From assembly GCA_002897855.1 (NCBI GenBank), contig BDTO01000053.1, positions 45,205 through 109,204 of the forward strand: a stretch of DNA of 64,000 bases. Reading direction: 5' to 3'. Position numbers and translations under genes: made by a program. Below are positions 1 to 8,768 of this stretch, one piece after another. The notes under the pieces are model-generated. The model made no database searches. It had not been told where the DNA came from and saw only the letters and a program-made list of their open reading frames with translations. Each line of letters opens with the position of its first letter. Position 1 is the first letter of the stretch. The stretch is from a bacterium BMS3Bbin05. GTDB lineage: Bacteria; Nitrospirota; Thermodesulfovibrionia; Thermodesulfovibrionales; BMS3Bbin05.

Positions 1-2293
1 TGTCATTGTCGGTGTCCATATACCTGTCTATCATTACCTGATCTGTAGAAGCATCAAGCCTGAAATGAATGGTATAATCATCTTCGAGATTCTGAATCTT
101 GTCCGGAGTGGTATCTTCCCTCATTGCACTGTTTTGAAGCCTGGGATCAATATAGTACCAGAGATTCTGCATCTGGCTTATCCAGGAAACCTCGGTGTCA
201 TTGTCGAACCCCTTAATGGGATAAAAAACAGCCTGTATCAGATTTGCCCCTCTTCCTTCACTTGATGCGAGCACTGATGCTGCGGTACCGGCAGATGCCC
301 GTCTCAAGATATCCGTTATCGCCTTTTTAATGGATTTTTCCAGTGCATAACCGTCGTCTCCTTCATAATAGGTCAAGGGCAGATCTGAAGAATCAATTAC
401 ACCGTCTCCGTTTGAATCCCGCGTATACTCATTCAGGGAAGGCCCGGGCGCTCCATCTCCGTTGAGATCCTTAAACCCCCCGTTTATCGCCGCGTCCTTG
501 AGCAACTGCGACCCCTTACCGAACATGAATACGCTGTAAAGGTAAATGTTCTGGTTACCGGGGATACATTGATCAAATGACGTAGGAGTCGTTGTGCAGG
601 CGCCCGGCCTCATGTCCTTCGTCCTCGCCCACAATGCAACATCATCAAGGTAATCAGTGCCATTTGAGGGATAACTCCCGGGGTCATTTCCGTCATTGTC
701 GTAGTCCTGATATTTCACGGGAATGTTCTGGTCCTTGGTTGACTCGCCGTCCGTCAGCAGCAGGACGAATGACTTGGCGCATGGCACATACTGATCCCCC
801 AGACCCGATCCCGCCAGCTTGGAGTACTGATAATAATAGGGGTCATAATTTATCCCGGTTTGATAGTCTGCAGGAGAATTGCCGGGATAATACGGGTTAT
901 CCTGCCTGAAATACCCTATCATTTCGTAAAGTGTCTCCGCCAGGGGAGTCCACGTGTCGGGATGCATACCTGAAATTGACGTTACCATGTTAACCGCCGC
1001 ACCGAAATCAATATAATTTTCTACATGGGCGCCGTCTCTCCTGCCGTTACTATACCCGCACTCGGAACCGCAACCCTGGTTGTAATAAGACAGGCCGAAT
1101 CTCACATCACTGCTCAGGGTATCTATAATACCCTGCGCCTTCTGCATCCCCTGGTCCACAATGATGCTGTAAGGTCCGCCGGAGGGGGTGCTCACGGTAA
1201 CCTGAAGATATACCTGCGTAACCCTCACATGATTGGAGGCGGAATTGTTCCTCGCCGTCTCCACACCGAAACCATCGAGCTGGGCCAGGAGGTCGGGCTT
1301 GAAATCGGACCACTGCCACGCAGCCCCTGTATCAGGATTGGTAGTGAAAGTAAAGTTGTAATTTCTATAATATGTACGCAGGTTGACATATCCGGAAGTG
1401 TAATCAGTCCCGTTCACGCGAAGCACACCTCTTACCCTCCTTGTCCAATTGCGGGTCTTCCTTGCGCGCACCTTGACTATGACACTTGCTATTGTACCGG
1501 TGATGCCCGGTGTGTAACTGTAATCAAGGACCACGTGATCATTAATGGTAGTCCCTGCGTTCTTGATATATGTCGTGTTTCCGTCGGCAGGGTTATCGTC
1601 CACAGCGTCCCAGGCATTTGATGCCCCCACAATGGTCCACATAGAGGGGACACTGATATCGCCGTTTGGAAAAACATTCTCGTAATTCGACGATGCCTGA
1701 AGGGGCGTTATACGAAGGTTAGGCCCCGACATTCTATAGCGATAGTTTCCGACGAATGGATAGATCAGGCCGGGAATGGAGGTGTTGTCAAAGTCCTTTG
1801 AAAAATTCCACGACCAAACATACGAACCATTTTCACCATAAAGTTTGACCGTAACCGATCCGGACGGCGAACGCGGTGAGGCCTTGCCGCCGATCAGGAG
1901 CTTTTTAGCCACATCAACTCTCCGCATCGTGGCCCAGTTCAGGAAACTTCCGTTGGCTATGGGATTCGCTGAGGTCCCGGAAGTCATGGGCAGGGAGGTC
2001 ACTTCCCAGCGGCCGTTAGCCGTATACTCGTAGTTCTGATTCGGATCGAAATAGCCGTAGTATAGCCCGTTTGTAAATTGAGTGGGGTCATATGTCGAGG
2101 CATACGCCCGATCGTTCATGCTTCCCGAATTATCAAGCACAATCAAGACGTTGGGAGATATGGCATTTGTAACAAAAGGAGGCGTAACACAGTAGTCATT
2201 CATGACTGCCCCGTTGGCCGTGGCAATCGGCATGATCATGGCAATAATCCCGGCAAAAAAGGCCAAACTTATTATTTTTTTATGTAATCTCAT
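1..2293 (-). CDS. PilY1-like / von Willebrand factor A domain surface protein, N-terminal ~764 codons (3' end beyond window start)
   Basis: Absent from the ORF track because it runs off the window. My reverse-strand translation starts at ATG 2293 with AAGGAGG upstream: MRLHKKIISLAFFAGIIAMIMPIATANG (signal peptide). It continues NVLIVLDNSGSMND (MIDAS DxSxS) and AKSFVLLLTDGEST. I checked the frame at three distant points and it is open to nt 2. Plus-strand ORFs 592-909, 1025-1621, 1845-2033 and 2078-2287 are antisense artefacts. Confidence 0.7.
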   Translation of the reverse strand, partial: MRLHKKIISLAFFAGIIAMIMPIATANGAVMNDYCVTPPFVTNAISPNVLIVLDNSGSMNDRAYASTYDPTQFTNGLYYGYFDPNQNYEYTANGRWEVTSLPMTSGTSANPIANGSFLNWATMRRVDVAKKLLIGGKASPRSPSGSVTVKLYGENGSYVWSWNFSKDFDNTSIPGLIYPFVGNYRYRMSGPNLRITPLQASSNYENVFPNGDISVPSMWTIVGASNAWDAVDDNPADGNTTYIKNAGTTINDHVVLDYSYTPGITGTIASVIVKVRARKTRNWTRRVRGVLRVNGTDYTSGYVNLRTYYRNYNFTFTTNPDTGAAWQWSDFKPDLLAQLDGFGVETARNNSASNHVRVTQVYLQVTVSTPSGGPYSIIVDQGMQKAQGIIDTLSSDVRFGLSYYNQGCGSECGYSNGRRDGAHVENYIDFGAAVNMVTSISGMHPDTWTPLAETLYEMIGYFRQDNPYYPGNSPADYQTGINYDPYYYQYSKLAGSGLGDQYVPCAKSFVLLLTDGESTKDQNIPVKYQDYDNDGNDPGSYPSNGTDYLDDVALWARTKDMRPGACTTTPTSFDQCIPGNQNIYLYSVFMFGKGSQLLKDAAINGGFKDLNGDGAPGPSLNEYTRDSNGDGVIDSSDLPLTYYEGDDGYALEKSIKKAITDILRRASAGTAASVLASSEGRGANLIQAVFYPIKGFDNDTEVSWISQMQNLWYYIDPRLQNSAMREDTTPDKIQNLEDDYTIHFRLDASTDQVMIDRYMDTDND

Positions 2294-2310
2294 ATATACT
2301 TCCTCCTTGA

Positions 2311-2613
2311 TTATTGCGCAATTACTCTTATAATCCTGAGAACAGGACCGTCCTTTGTATTTCCATATTCATACTGAACACGCGTTGGAGGGGCCAGTTC
2401 ATCCATTGATATCTCCTTCCCCTCACTATCTAAAACCGAGACCAGGGGATCAACATTAAAGCCGCTGCCGTCTATTATCACGCTTCCGTCATCTTCAACG
2501 GACGTCAATACTCCCACGGCCTTAATGTTGCCGGTGGCAAATGCAACAGCACCTGTTATTACCAGAACAGCAATCCCCAGGAGAAAAATTTTTAAAAAAC
2601 CCTTGGTTTTCAT
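2311..2613 (-). CDS. small signal-anchored/secreted hypothetical protein
   Basis: 100-aa ORF with N-terminal hydrophobic segment MKTKGFLKIFLLGIAVLVITGAVAFA. It sits 18 nt upstream of the PilY1-like gene on the same strand. No family recognised. Confidence 0.55.
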   Translation of the reverse strand: MKTKGFLKIFLLGIAVLVITGAVAFATGNIKAVGVLTSVEDDGSVIIDGSGFNVDPLVSVLDSEGKEISMDELAPPTRVQYEYGNTKDGPVLRIIRVIAQ

Positions 2614-2810
2614 AAAGACCTCCGCTTTATTTAATCAGTCATAAAAAATTGACATCGCCTGATGTTGCAGGCAATTATTAATCGCCCTGATAAAATTTAA
2701 GCAAGGACTATGCCAACATATAACTACTTGGAAATACAGAATATCATGGCATGCATCCTCGCAAAACTATATAATCTTATTCCATATTGGGAAGGCAATT
2801 ACATAAAATA

Positions 2811-3389
2811 TTACTTTTTTTTCAACGACTCAATGACTTTTTTCTCTTCCTTATTAAGTGCATTTGCTTCGTCATTAAACCTGATTATTTTTTGTTCAAT
2901 GTCTGACAGCCGTGTTTTCAACCGGTTAAACTCCGCCTGTGATTTAACCATCCCTGTTTTGTTGATATCCTTAATCAGCTGGTCCCTTTCATGAATGATT
3001 TTTCCCCGTTCCACGACAAGCTTCGATTTTCTCTTTTCTATCTCATCAAGACTCCTTTCTTTCTCTTCATTTGTACTGTTTGAGACATCTGTTTCTTCTG
3101 TTTTTTCAGATGCCCCGTCTTCGGAATCTTTATCTGCACCCTTTAACTCCTCATTGCCGTTGGCCTGAGACAACGATACAGTATCTTTATCTGCTTGTCC
3201 CACAATCATCTCACTGTTTTCTTTAGAAAAAAAACTCTTCTCATTTGGAATCAAAACCTCATCTCCTGATTTACCATACATGTCAACCTTCATCTTTGTG
3301 TCACGTTTTAAATAAACACCGGCATAAGAAAAAGAAGACAGCAAAACACTTACCAGTAACAATAAAAATAATTTCCTGCCAAGATACAT
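2811..3389 (-). CDS. secreted coiled-coil hypothetical protein
   Basis: 192-aa ORF with signal-like N-terminus LFLLLLVSVLLSSFSYAG, an acidic low-complexity middle and a K/E-rich heptad-like C-terminus. Confidence 0.55.
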   Translation of the reverse strand: MYLGRKLFLLLLVSVLLSSFSYAGVYLKRDTKMKVDMYGKSGDEVLIPNEKSFFSKENSEMIVGQADKDTVSLSQANGNEELKGADKDSEDGASEKTEETDVSNSTNEEKERSLDEIEKRKSKLVVERGKIIHERDQLIKDINKTGMVKSQAEFNRLKTRLSDIEQKIIRFNDEANALNKEEKKVIESLKKK

Positions 3390-3591
3390 TTCTCACCTCA
3401 CTCAAACACTCTCCACACAAGAAAGAGATACGATTTTATTCACCGCTTATCCTGCATAAACAAACTATACATAATATATAAGTATTTTGCAACAGGGATA
3501 ATACATTTATAGAGAGTTCGAAAAAACCGTTATGGATATTTATTTGCCGGATATTCTTCAGGACATCGACAGGTGCATGTATCTCACAACT

Positions 3592-4020
3592 TCAGCCGCA
3601 CTTTTTACAATACCCCTGTATCTCCAGCACGTGCCTGACACCGCTGAAGTCCTCCTTCCTGCATACCTCATCCTGGATGTGTTCCAGCTTTTCAGAGTGG
3701 AACTCGATTATTTTACCGCACTTCAGACAGATGAGGTGGTCGTGGTGCTCCTTCCCGAAAGTATATTCATAATATGTGTGAGTGTCAATAGTCTTTATCT
3801 CCTCGACAAGACCGGACTCCACAAGCAGCGGCACCGTTCTGTAAACAGAGGCCCTCGATACCTTCCGGTCCTTTTTCCTCAATGTAATATAAAGCTCTTC
3901 AATGTCAAAGTGCCGCTTCAGCCTGGAAATCTCTCTCAGAACAGTGATTCTCTCATGTGTGAACTTCAGGTCTTTACCCTGTAGAAAATCCCTGAATATA
4001 TCCTCTGCTCCATATATCAC
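3592..4020 (-). CDS. fur: Fur-family metal-responsive transcriptional regulator
   Basis: 142 aa with winged-helix N-terminus, HHDHLICLKCGKIIEF and C-terminal CKKCG (the two CxxC pairs typical of Fur). It overlaps the feoB stop by 4 nt. Confidence 0.85.
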   Translation of the reverse strand: MIYGAEDIFRDFLQGKDLKFTHERITVLREISRLKRHFDIEELYITLRKKDRKVSRASVYRTVPLLVESGLVEEIKTIDTHTYYEYTFGKEHHDHLICLKCGKIIEFHSEKLEHIQDEVCRKEDFSGVRHVLEIQGYCKKCG

Positions 4021-5996
4021 AACTGTATCCCCGACCTTAACAGGACATAATTAAGCAGGCCGCCCACAAGAAATGCAAAGGGGAATATAAAAGCCGTGAT
4101 AGCAACCGCTGTCTTGATTCCCCGTTCCTTTATGATCATAAAGAAATTTGCAAGGCACGGGACAAAAAGCGTAATTGTAACAAGACTTACAAGAGACTGG
4201 ACTGCGGTGAGCCCACCATGCTGTGCCATATCGAAAAGACCGGCTGCCCCGTAATCCCTCCTTAAAAAACCGAGTATGAAATAACCCGTAGTCTTTGCCG
4301 GGAGACCGACAAAATCCACCACGACCGGAGAAGCGATCTTTTCGAGGAGTTTAAGGAGGTTCAGTTTATGAAGCAAAAAGAGGATAAACGTACCGAGTAT
4401 GAAGAGTGGGACCGCCTCTTTCAGGTACCACTCGATTCTGCCCACCGTCTTTACGAGGATATTCATAAGATTCGGCCTCCTGACAGGTGGTATTTCGAGG
4501 AAAAATTCCGTCTTGTCTCCGGGAATTACCTTCGCCGCCAGATATCCCACGAAAAGCATTATCCCGATGATAGTGCCGATCCATATTACTGTCGCCTTCC
4601 AGGAAAGTGCCCCCAGCATGCCGAGTATCACGCCAAGCTGAGCGGAACAGGGCACCGCCAGCGCCAACAAAAGCGTTGTAAGTAACCGGTCTCTTCTGGT
4701 CTCGAGTATCCTCGATGTAAGTACGGCCATAGTTCCACACCCAAGCCCGAGGACCATCGGCAGAATGGCCTTCCCGTTCAGTCCGATGAGATTAAATATC
4801 CGGTTACTCATGATAGCCAGCCGCGGCAGGTATCCGCTGTCCTCAAGTATTGAAAAGGCGATAAAAAATGTAGCTGTAATGGGCAGGATAATGGCTATGG
4901 AATATGTGAGGGCCACTGTTATCAAACCGTATTCACCAACCAGCATCTCACGCAGCAGCTCAAACGGGACGACCAGGTTGACCACGGATGTGAACATCGG
5001 GTTCAGGTACTTCCCGAATATTACACCTTCAAAAAAATCCACAAGTGTCCCTGCGCCGAAAACCCCGACAAACTCATAGAAGAAAAAAAGCGCGCCTATC
5101 AGTACGGGCAGCCCGTATACAGGATGCATGCTTGTCTTCTCAATGAAATTCGTCAGCCTGCTTCGCCGGCGCTCTATCCTCTTAATCGTGCCCCCTGTTA
5201 TTTTCTCTGCCTTCTTAAGCCTCGCTTCATTAATGATCGTACTGACGGGCCTGTTAAAACCACTCTGGCATTCATCCCGAAGCGCCTCTATCTTTTCAAT
5301 TTCAGTGTCCGGGATATGCTTGTTGAGCCACTCCCTGAGGCTCTCATCCCCGGAAAGTATCATGGCCGCAAGAGACTGCCCCGAAATTGGTGCGTCAGGT
5401 AATAAGCCTGCGATCTTATCAATATATTGCTTTACTCTTTCGGGGTAATCTATCGAAAGAGATGGTTCAGCAGGGTTGAGCAGCGCATCCTTCAGATCTC
5501 TTATGCCCTTCCTCCGCGGCGCCACGGTCCCTATCACCTTGATATTGAGCTGTTTTGCAAGCGCATCTTTATCAAGAATTATCCCCCTGTCCCTTGCCTC
5601 GTCCTCCATATTGAGGGCAAGGATCACCGGAAGCCCCATCTCCGCAAGCTGAATGGTGATCAGCAATGTCCTCCTGAGGTTTTTTGAATCACCCACATGT
5701 ATCACCGATGCAGGCCGTTCATCAAGAAGTATATCCCGGGTAACCTTTTCATCCTCACTCATTGGTATGAGATTATTTACGCCGGGTGTATCGATAACAT
5801 CGAACTTCCTGCCGTGAAGAGTAATATTGCCGTGAGAAACCTCAACGGTCGTACCCGGATAATTCGAGACAGTCACATACTTGCCCGTCAGCAAACCGAA
5901 TATAATGCTCTTGCCTACATTTGGATTTCCGACAAGTACAACCCTGTCAAGGCTCGACGGAAGATTTTTTGGTGTATCATGACATTTCAATGCCAT
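4017..5996 (-). CDS. feoB: ferrous iron transporter FeoB
   Basis: 659 aa with N-terminal G-domain (GNPNVGKS, DTPG) followed by a polytopic membrane domain. No feoA ORF is visible upstream. Confidence 0.95.
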   Translation of the reverse strand: MALKCHDTPKNLPSSLDRVVLVGNPNVGKSIIFGLLTGKYVTVSNYPGTTVEVSHGNITLHGRKFDVIDTPGVNNLIPMSEDEKVTRDILLDERPASVIHVGDSKNLRRTLLITIQLAEMGLPVILALNMEDEARDRGIILDKDALAKQLNIKVIGTVAPRRKGIRDLKDALLNPAEPSLSIDYPERVKQYIDKIAGLLPDAPISGQSLAAMILSGDESLREWLNKHIPDTEIEKIEALRDECQSGFNRPVSTIINEARLKKAEKITGGTIKRIERRRSRLTNFIEKTSMHPVYGLPVLIGALFFFYEFVGVFGAGTLVDFFEGVIFGKYLNPMFTSVVNLVVPFELLREMLVGEYGLITVALTYSIAIILPITATFFIAFSILEDSGYLPRLAIMSNRIFNLIGLNGKAILPMVLGLGCGTMAVLTSRILETRRDRLLTTLLLALAVPCSAQLGVILGMLGALSWKATVIWIGTIIGIMLFVGYLAAKVIPGDKTEFFLEIPPVRRPNLMNILVKTVGRIEWYLKEAVPLFILGTFILFLLHKLNLLKLLEKIASPVVVDFVGLPAKTTGYFILGFLRRDYGAAGLFDMAQHGGLTAVQSLVSLVTITLFVPCLANFFMIIKERGIKTAVAITAFIFPFAFLVGGLLNYVLLRSGIQL

Positions 5997-6057
5997 ATCC
6001 CTTCCGGAATAAATTTATACATAGTGTCTGTCCGCGGCATTCATATGCCCCTTTCTT

Positions 6058-6080
6058 ATATTGAGATTGTGTCTCAATAT
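6058..6080. promoter_or_regulatory. 23-bp perfect palindrome, candidate operator in the feoB/argG divergent intergenic region
   Basis: ATATTGAGA-ttgtg-TCTCAATAT. The 9-bp arms at 6058-6066 and 6072-6080 are exact reverse complements, 62-84 nt upstream of the feoB ATG. Confidence 0.4.
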
Positions 6081-6200
6081 CAATAATATTCTTTTGCCCC
6101 GGAAAATGTCAAATCTTTTACAAGCTTCACATTTTGGGATCAATTATGCTACTTTTCAGAATAAGTTATTCAATTTATCATTTAATAAAGGGAGGATACC

Positions 6201-7400
6201 GTGAAAAAAGTTGTTCTTGCATATTCGGGCGGACTTGACACGTCCATTGCCATACAGTGGATAAAGGATGAATACGATGCAGATGTGATAGCATACTGCG
6301 CCGATCTCGGCCAGGAAGAAGACCTCGGGAAGATAAAGGCAAAGGCCCTGAAGACAGGCGCTTCGAAGGTCTTCATTGAGGACCTGAGGGAAGAATTTGT
6401 GAGAGATTACATCTTCCCGATGTTAAGGGGATGCGCGGTATACGAGGGAACTTACCTGCTCGGGACCTCCATAGCCAGACCTCTTATCTCAAAGAGACAG
6501 GTAGAGATAGCCCTGGAGGAAGGGGCGGATACAGTTGCTCACGGGGCAACCGGCAAGGGCAACGACCAGATAAGGTTCGAGCTTTCATATTATGCACTGA
6601 ACCCCGGAATAAAGGTCATCGCTCCATGGAGACACTGGCCGTTTCGATCACGTGAAGCGCTGATCGATTATGCATCCGAACACGGCATCGAGGTGCCGGT
6701 TACCAGGGAAAAACCATACAGCACGGATATTAATATATTCCATATAAGTTACGAAGGCGGCGTGCTGGAAGACCCGTGGGCCGAACCCCCGGATGAAATG
6801 CATAAACTATGCACACCGGTCGAAAATACTCCTGATTCCCCTTCCTACATAGAGATAGGATATGAAAAGGGAAACCCTGTCACCCTTAATGGCAGAACAC
6901 TCCCGCCCTTTGAGCTCCTCAGGGAACTGAACGGTATAGCAGGTAAAAACGGTATAGGCAGGGTGGACATTGTTGAAAACAGGTTCGTGGGAATGAAGTC
7001 CAGAGGGGTATATGAAACACCGGGCGGTACGGTCCTGCATATTGCCCACAGAGCAATGGAATCCATAACGCTGGACAGGGAAGCAATGCACCTGAGAGAC
7101 TCTCTCATATCAAAATATGCAGAACTGATTTATTACGGGTTCTGGTTCTCTCCCGAGAGAGAGGCCATCCAGAGACTCATAGACGAGACCCAGGGAGTCG
7201 TAAACGGCACTGTAAGGCTGAAACTCTTCAAGGGCAACTGTATAGTCGTGGGACGAAAATCGCCCGATTCACTCTACGACCCCGAACTTGCAACCTTTGG
7301 CGAAGAGCATATTTACGACCAGGCAGACGCAGAGGGGTTTATAAAACTGAATGCACTGCGTCTGAAGATGAGAAAGATAAAACAGCCATGGACGAAATAA
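6201..7400 (+). CDS. argG: argininosuccinate synthase
   Basis: 399 aa with [12 protein letters not shown]-pyrophosphatase motif and full-length resemblance to type I ArgG. GGAGG RBS upstream of the GTG start. Confidence 0.95.
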   Translation: MKKVVLAYSGGLDTSIAIQWIKDEYDADVIAYCADLGQEEDLGKIKAKALKTGASKVFIEDLREEFVRDYIFPMLRGCAVYEGTYLLGTSIARPLISKRQVEIALEEGADTVAHGATGKGNDQIRFELSYYALNPGIKVIAPWRHWPFRSREALIDYASEHGIEVPVTREKPYSTDINIFHISYEGGVLEDPWAEPPDEMHKLCTPVENTPDSPSYIEIGYEKGNPVTLNGRTLPPFELLRELNGIAGKNGIGRVDIVENRFVGMKSRGVYETPGGTVLHIAHRAMESITLDREAMHLRDSLISKYAELIYYGFWFSPEREAIQRLIDETQGVVNGTVRLKLFKGNCIVVGRKSPDSLYDPELATFGEEHIYDQADAEGFIKLNALRLKMRKIKQPWTK

Positions 7401-8491
7401 GGGCTGCCCTTGCCCTGCAGGTAATCCAGGATATAGGCCCCGCCATTTCCAGGACCCTGATCGACGCCTTCGGCCCTCCATCGGAAATATTCAGGGCAGA
7501 CTATGACAGGCTTCTTCACATTGCCGGCCTCGGTCAGAAGAGGGCGGGGAAAATAGTTTCCTTCGACGAGTGGCATAAGGTGGAAAGGATTATGGAAGAG
7601 TGCCGGCTTAAGGGAATTAATCTGTCGTACTATGGCGACGGAGAATATCCCGAGCTCCTGAGCCAGATTACAGACCCTCCAACGGTGATCTTTTATAAAG
7701 GCGCTCTGAACCCGGAGGACAAATACTCCATATCGATTGTCGGATCGAGGAGGACAACATCTTATGGCAGATTTGTGGCCAGGTATCTTTCAGAAGGGCT
7801 TTCATCCATGGGTTTTACAATCATAAGCGGTATGGCAAGGGGTATTGATTCCGTATCTCATACAGGGGCATTAAAAAAGGGGGGGCGAACCCTTGCAGTG
7901 CTTGGATCGGGCATTGATGTAATCTATCCGCCCGAGGGTCTGGATTTATATGAGAGGATACACCGGAGCGGGGCCGTTATCAGTGAACTGCCTTTAGGCA
8001 CACCTCCGAACAGGGAAAATTTTCCCAGGAGAAACAGGATAATCAGCGGCCTTTCCATCGGGGTCATAATTGTTGAGGCGTCAAAAGGGAGCGGGACACT
8101 GATAACGGCGCGGTCGGCCCTGGATCAGAACAGGGAAGTGTTTGCCGTACCCGGTAATATAAACTCGCCTAACTCATACGGCACCAACGAACTCCTGAAA
8201 AGCGGCGCAAAACTGGTCACAAGGCCGGAGGACGTCGTAGAAGAACTCAGCCACCAGCTAAAAGGTTTTATAAAAGCCGAAAAAACGGTGGCAGTAGAAA
8301 TCTCGACAGAAGAAAGACGGATTTGTGATATACTATGCGGCGAGCCGGTCCATATAGATGAGATAACACGAAGGGCCGGATTACCTTCTTCAAAGATCCT
8401 CGGGATCCTGCTGGAACTTGAGTTAAAATCCGTTGTCGGACAGGCGGAAGGAAAAAAGTTTTTTCTCATACAGGAGGAACAGCGTGTATAG
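7388..8491 (+). CDS. dprA: DNA-processing protein DprA (Smf)
   Basis: 367 aa with a Rossmann-like DprA core ([19 protein letters not shown]) and a C-terminal winged-helix extension. It overlaps the argG end by 13 nt. Confidence 0.9.
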   Translation: MDEIRAALALQVIQDIGPAISRTLIDAFGPPSEIFRADYDRLLHIAGLGQKRAGKIVSFDEWHKVERIMEECRLKGINLSYYGDGEYPELLSQITDPPTVIFYKGALNPEDKYSISIVGSRRTTSYGRFVARYLSEGLSSMGFTIISGMARGIDSVSHTGALKKGGRTLAVLGSGIDVIYPPEGLDLYERIHRSGAVISELPLGTPPNRENFPRRNRIISGLSIGVIIVEASKGSGTLITARSALDQNREVFAVPGNINSPNSYGTNELLKSGAKLVTRPEDVVEELSHQLKGFIKAEKTVAVEISTEERRICDILCGEPVHIDEITRRAGLPSSKILGILLELELKSVVGQAEGKKFFLIQEEQRV

Positions 8492-8768
8492 GAACATTAT
8501 GGATGTGTTACTGGCACTCGCCAGGGAGATAGTCGAGAACGACATGAAAATCGAGGACGCCATTATAAAGATCGACGATTCCGGACTGAATCTTGATCAC
8601 ATAAGGGAAGAACTGAGCGTAATAGAAAGGACAAGCCTGATGAGCGATGAAGAGGCCGACGCCCTGAAAAGCCTCCTCATTTACCTGCTTATGAGGAATA
8701 CAGATCTTGATCATGACGACATTTATGCAATGGTTTTTGGCTCGGGCAGAACCATTTTGTGGAACTGA
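8484..8768 (+). CDS. small acidic protein in the smg position between dprA and topA (family unconfirmed)
   Basis: The track ORF is 8433-8768. I prefer GTG 8484 (AGGAGGA 5 nt upstream); ATG 8499 is the alternative. MDVLLALAREIVEN... loosely recalls the Smg/DUF494 N-terminus, and the E. coli order is smf-smg-topA. Confidence 0.45.
   Translation: MYRNIMDVLLALAREIVENDMKIEDAIIKIDDSGLNLDHIREELSVIERTSLMSDEEADALKSLLIYLLMRNTDLDHDDIYAMVFGSGRTILWN

Noticed and set aside
592-2287. Several plus-strand ORFs (105, 198, 62 and 69 aa)
   Set aside because: They lie antisense within the open minus-strand PilY1-like frame, which carries a signal peptide, a MIDAS motif and an RBS.
2747-2763. TGGCATGCATCCTCGCA, a sigma54-like sequence
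   Set aside because: The GG-to-GC spacing is 11 nt rather than 10, and no plus-strand gene lies downstream.
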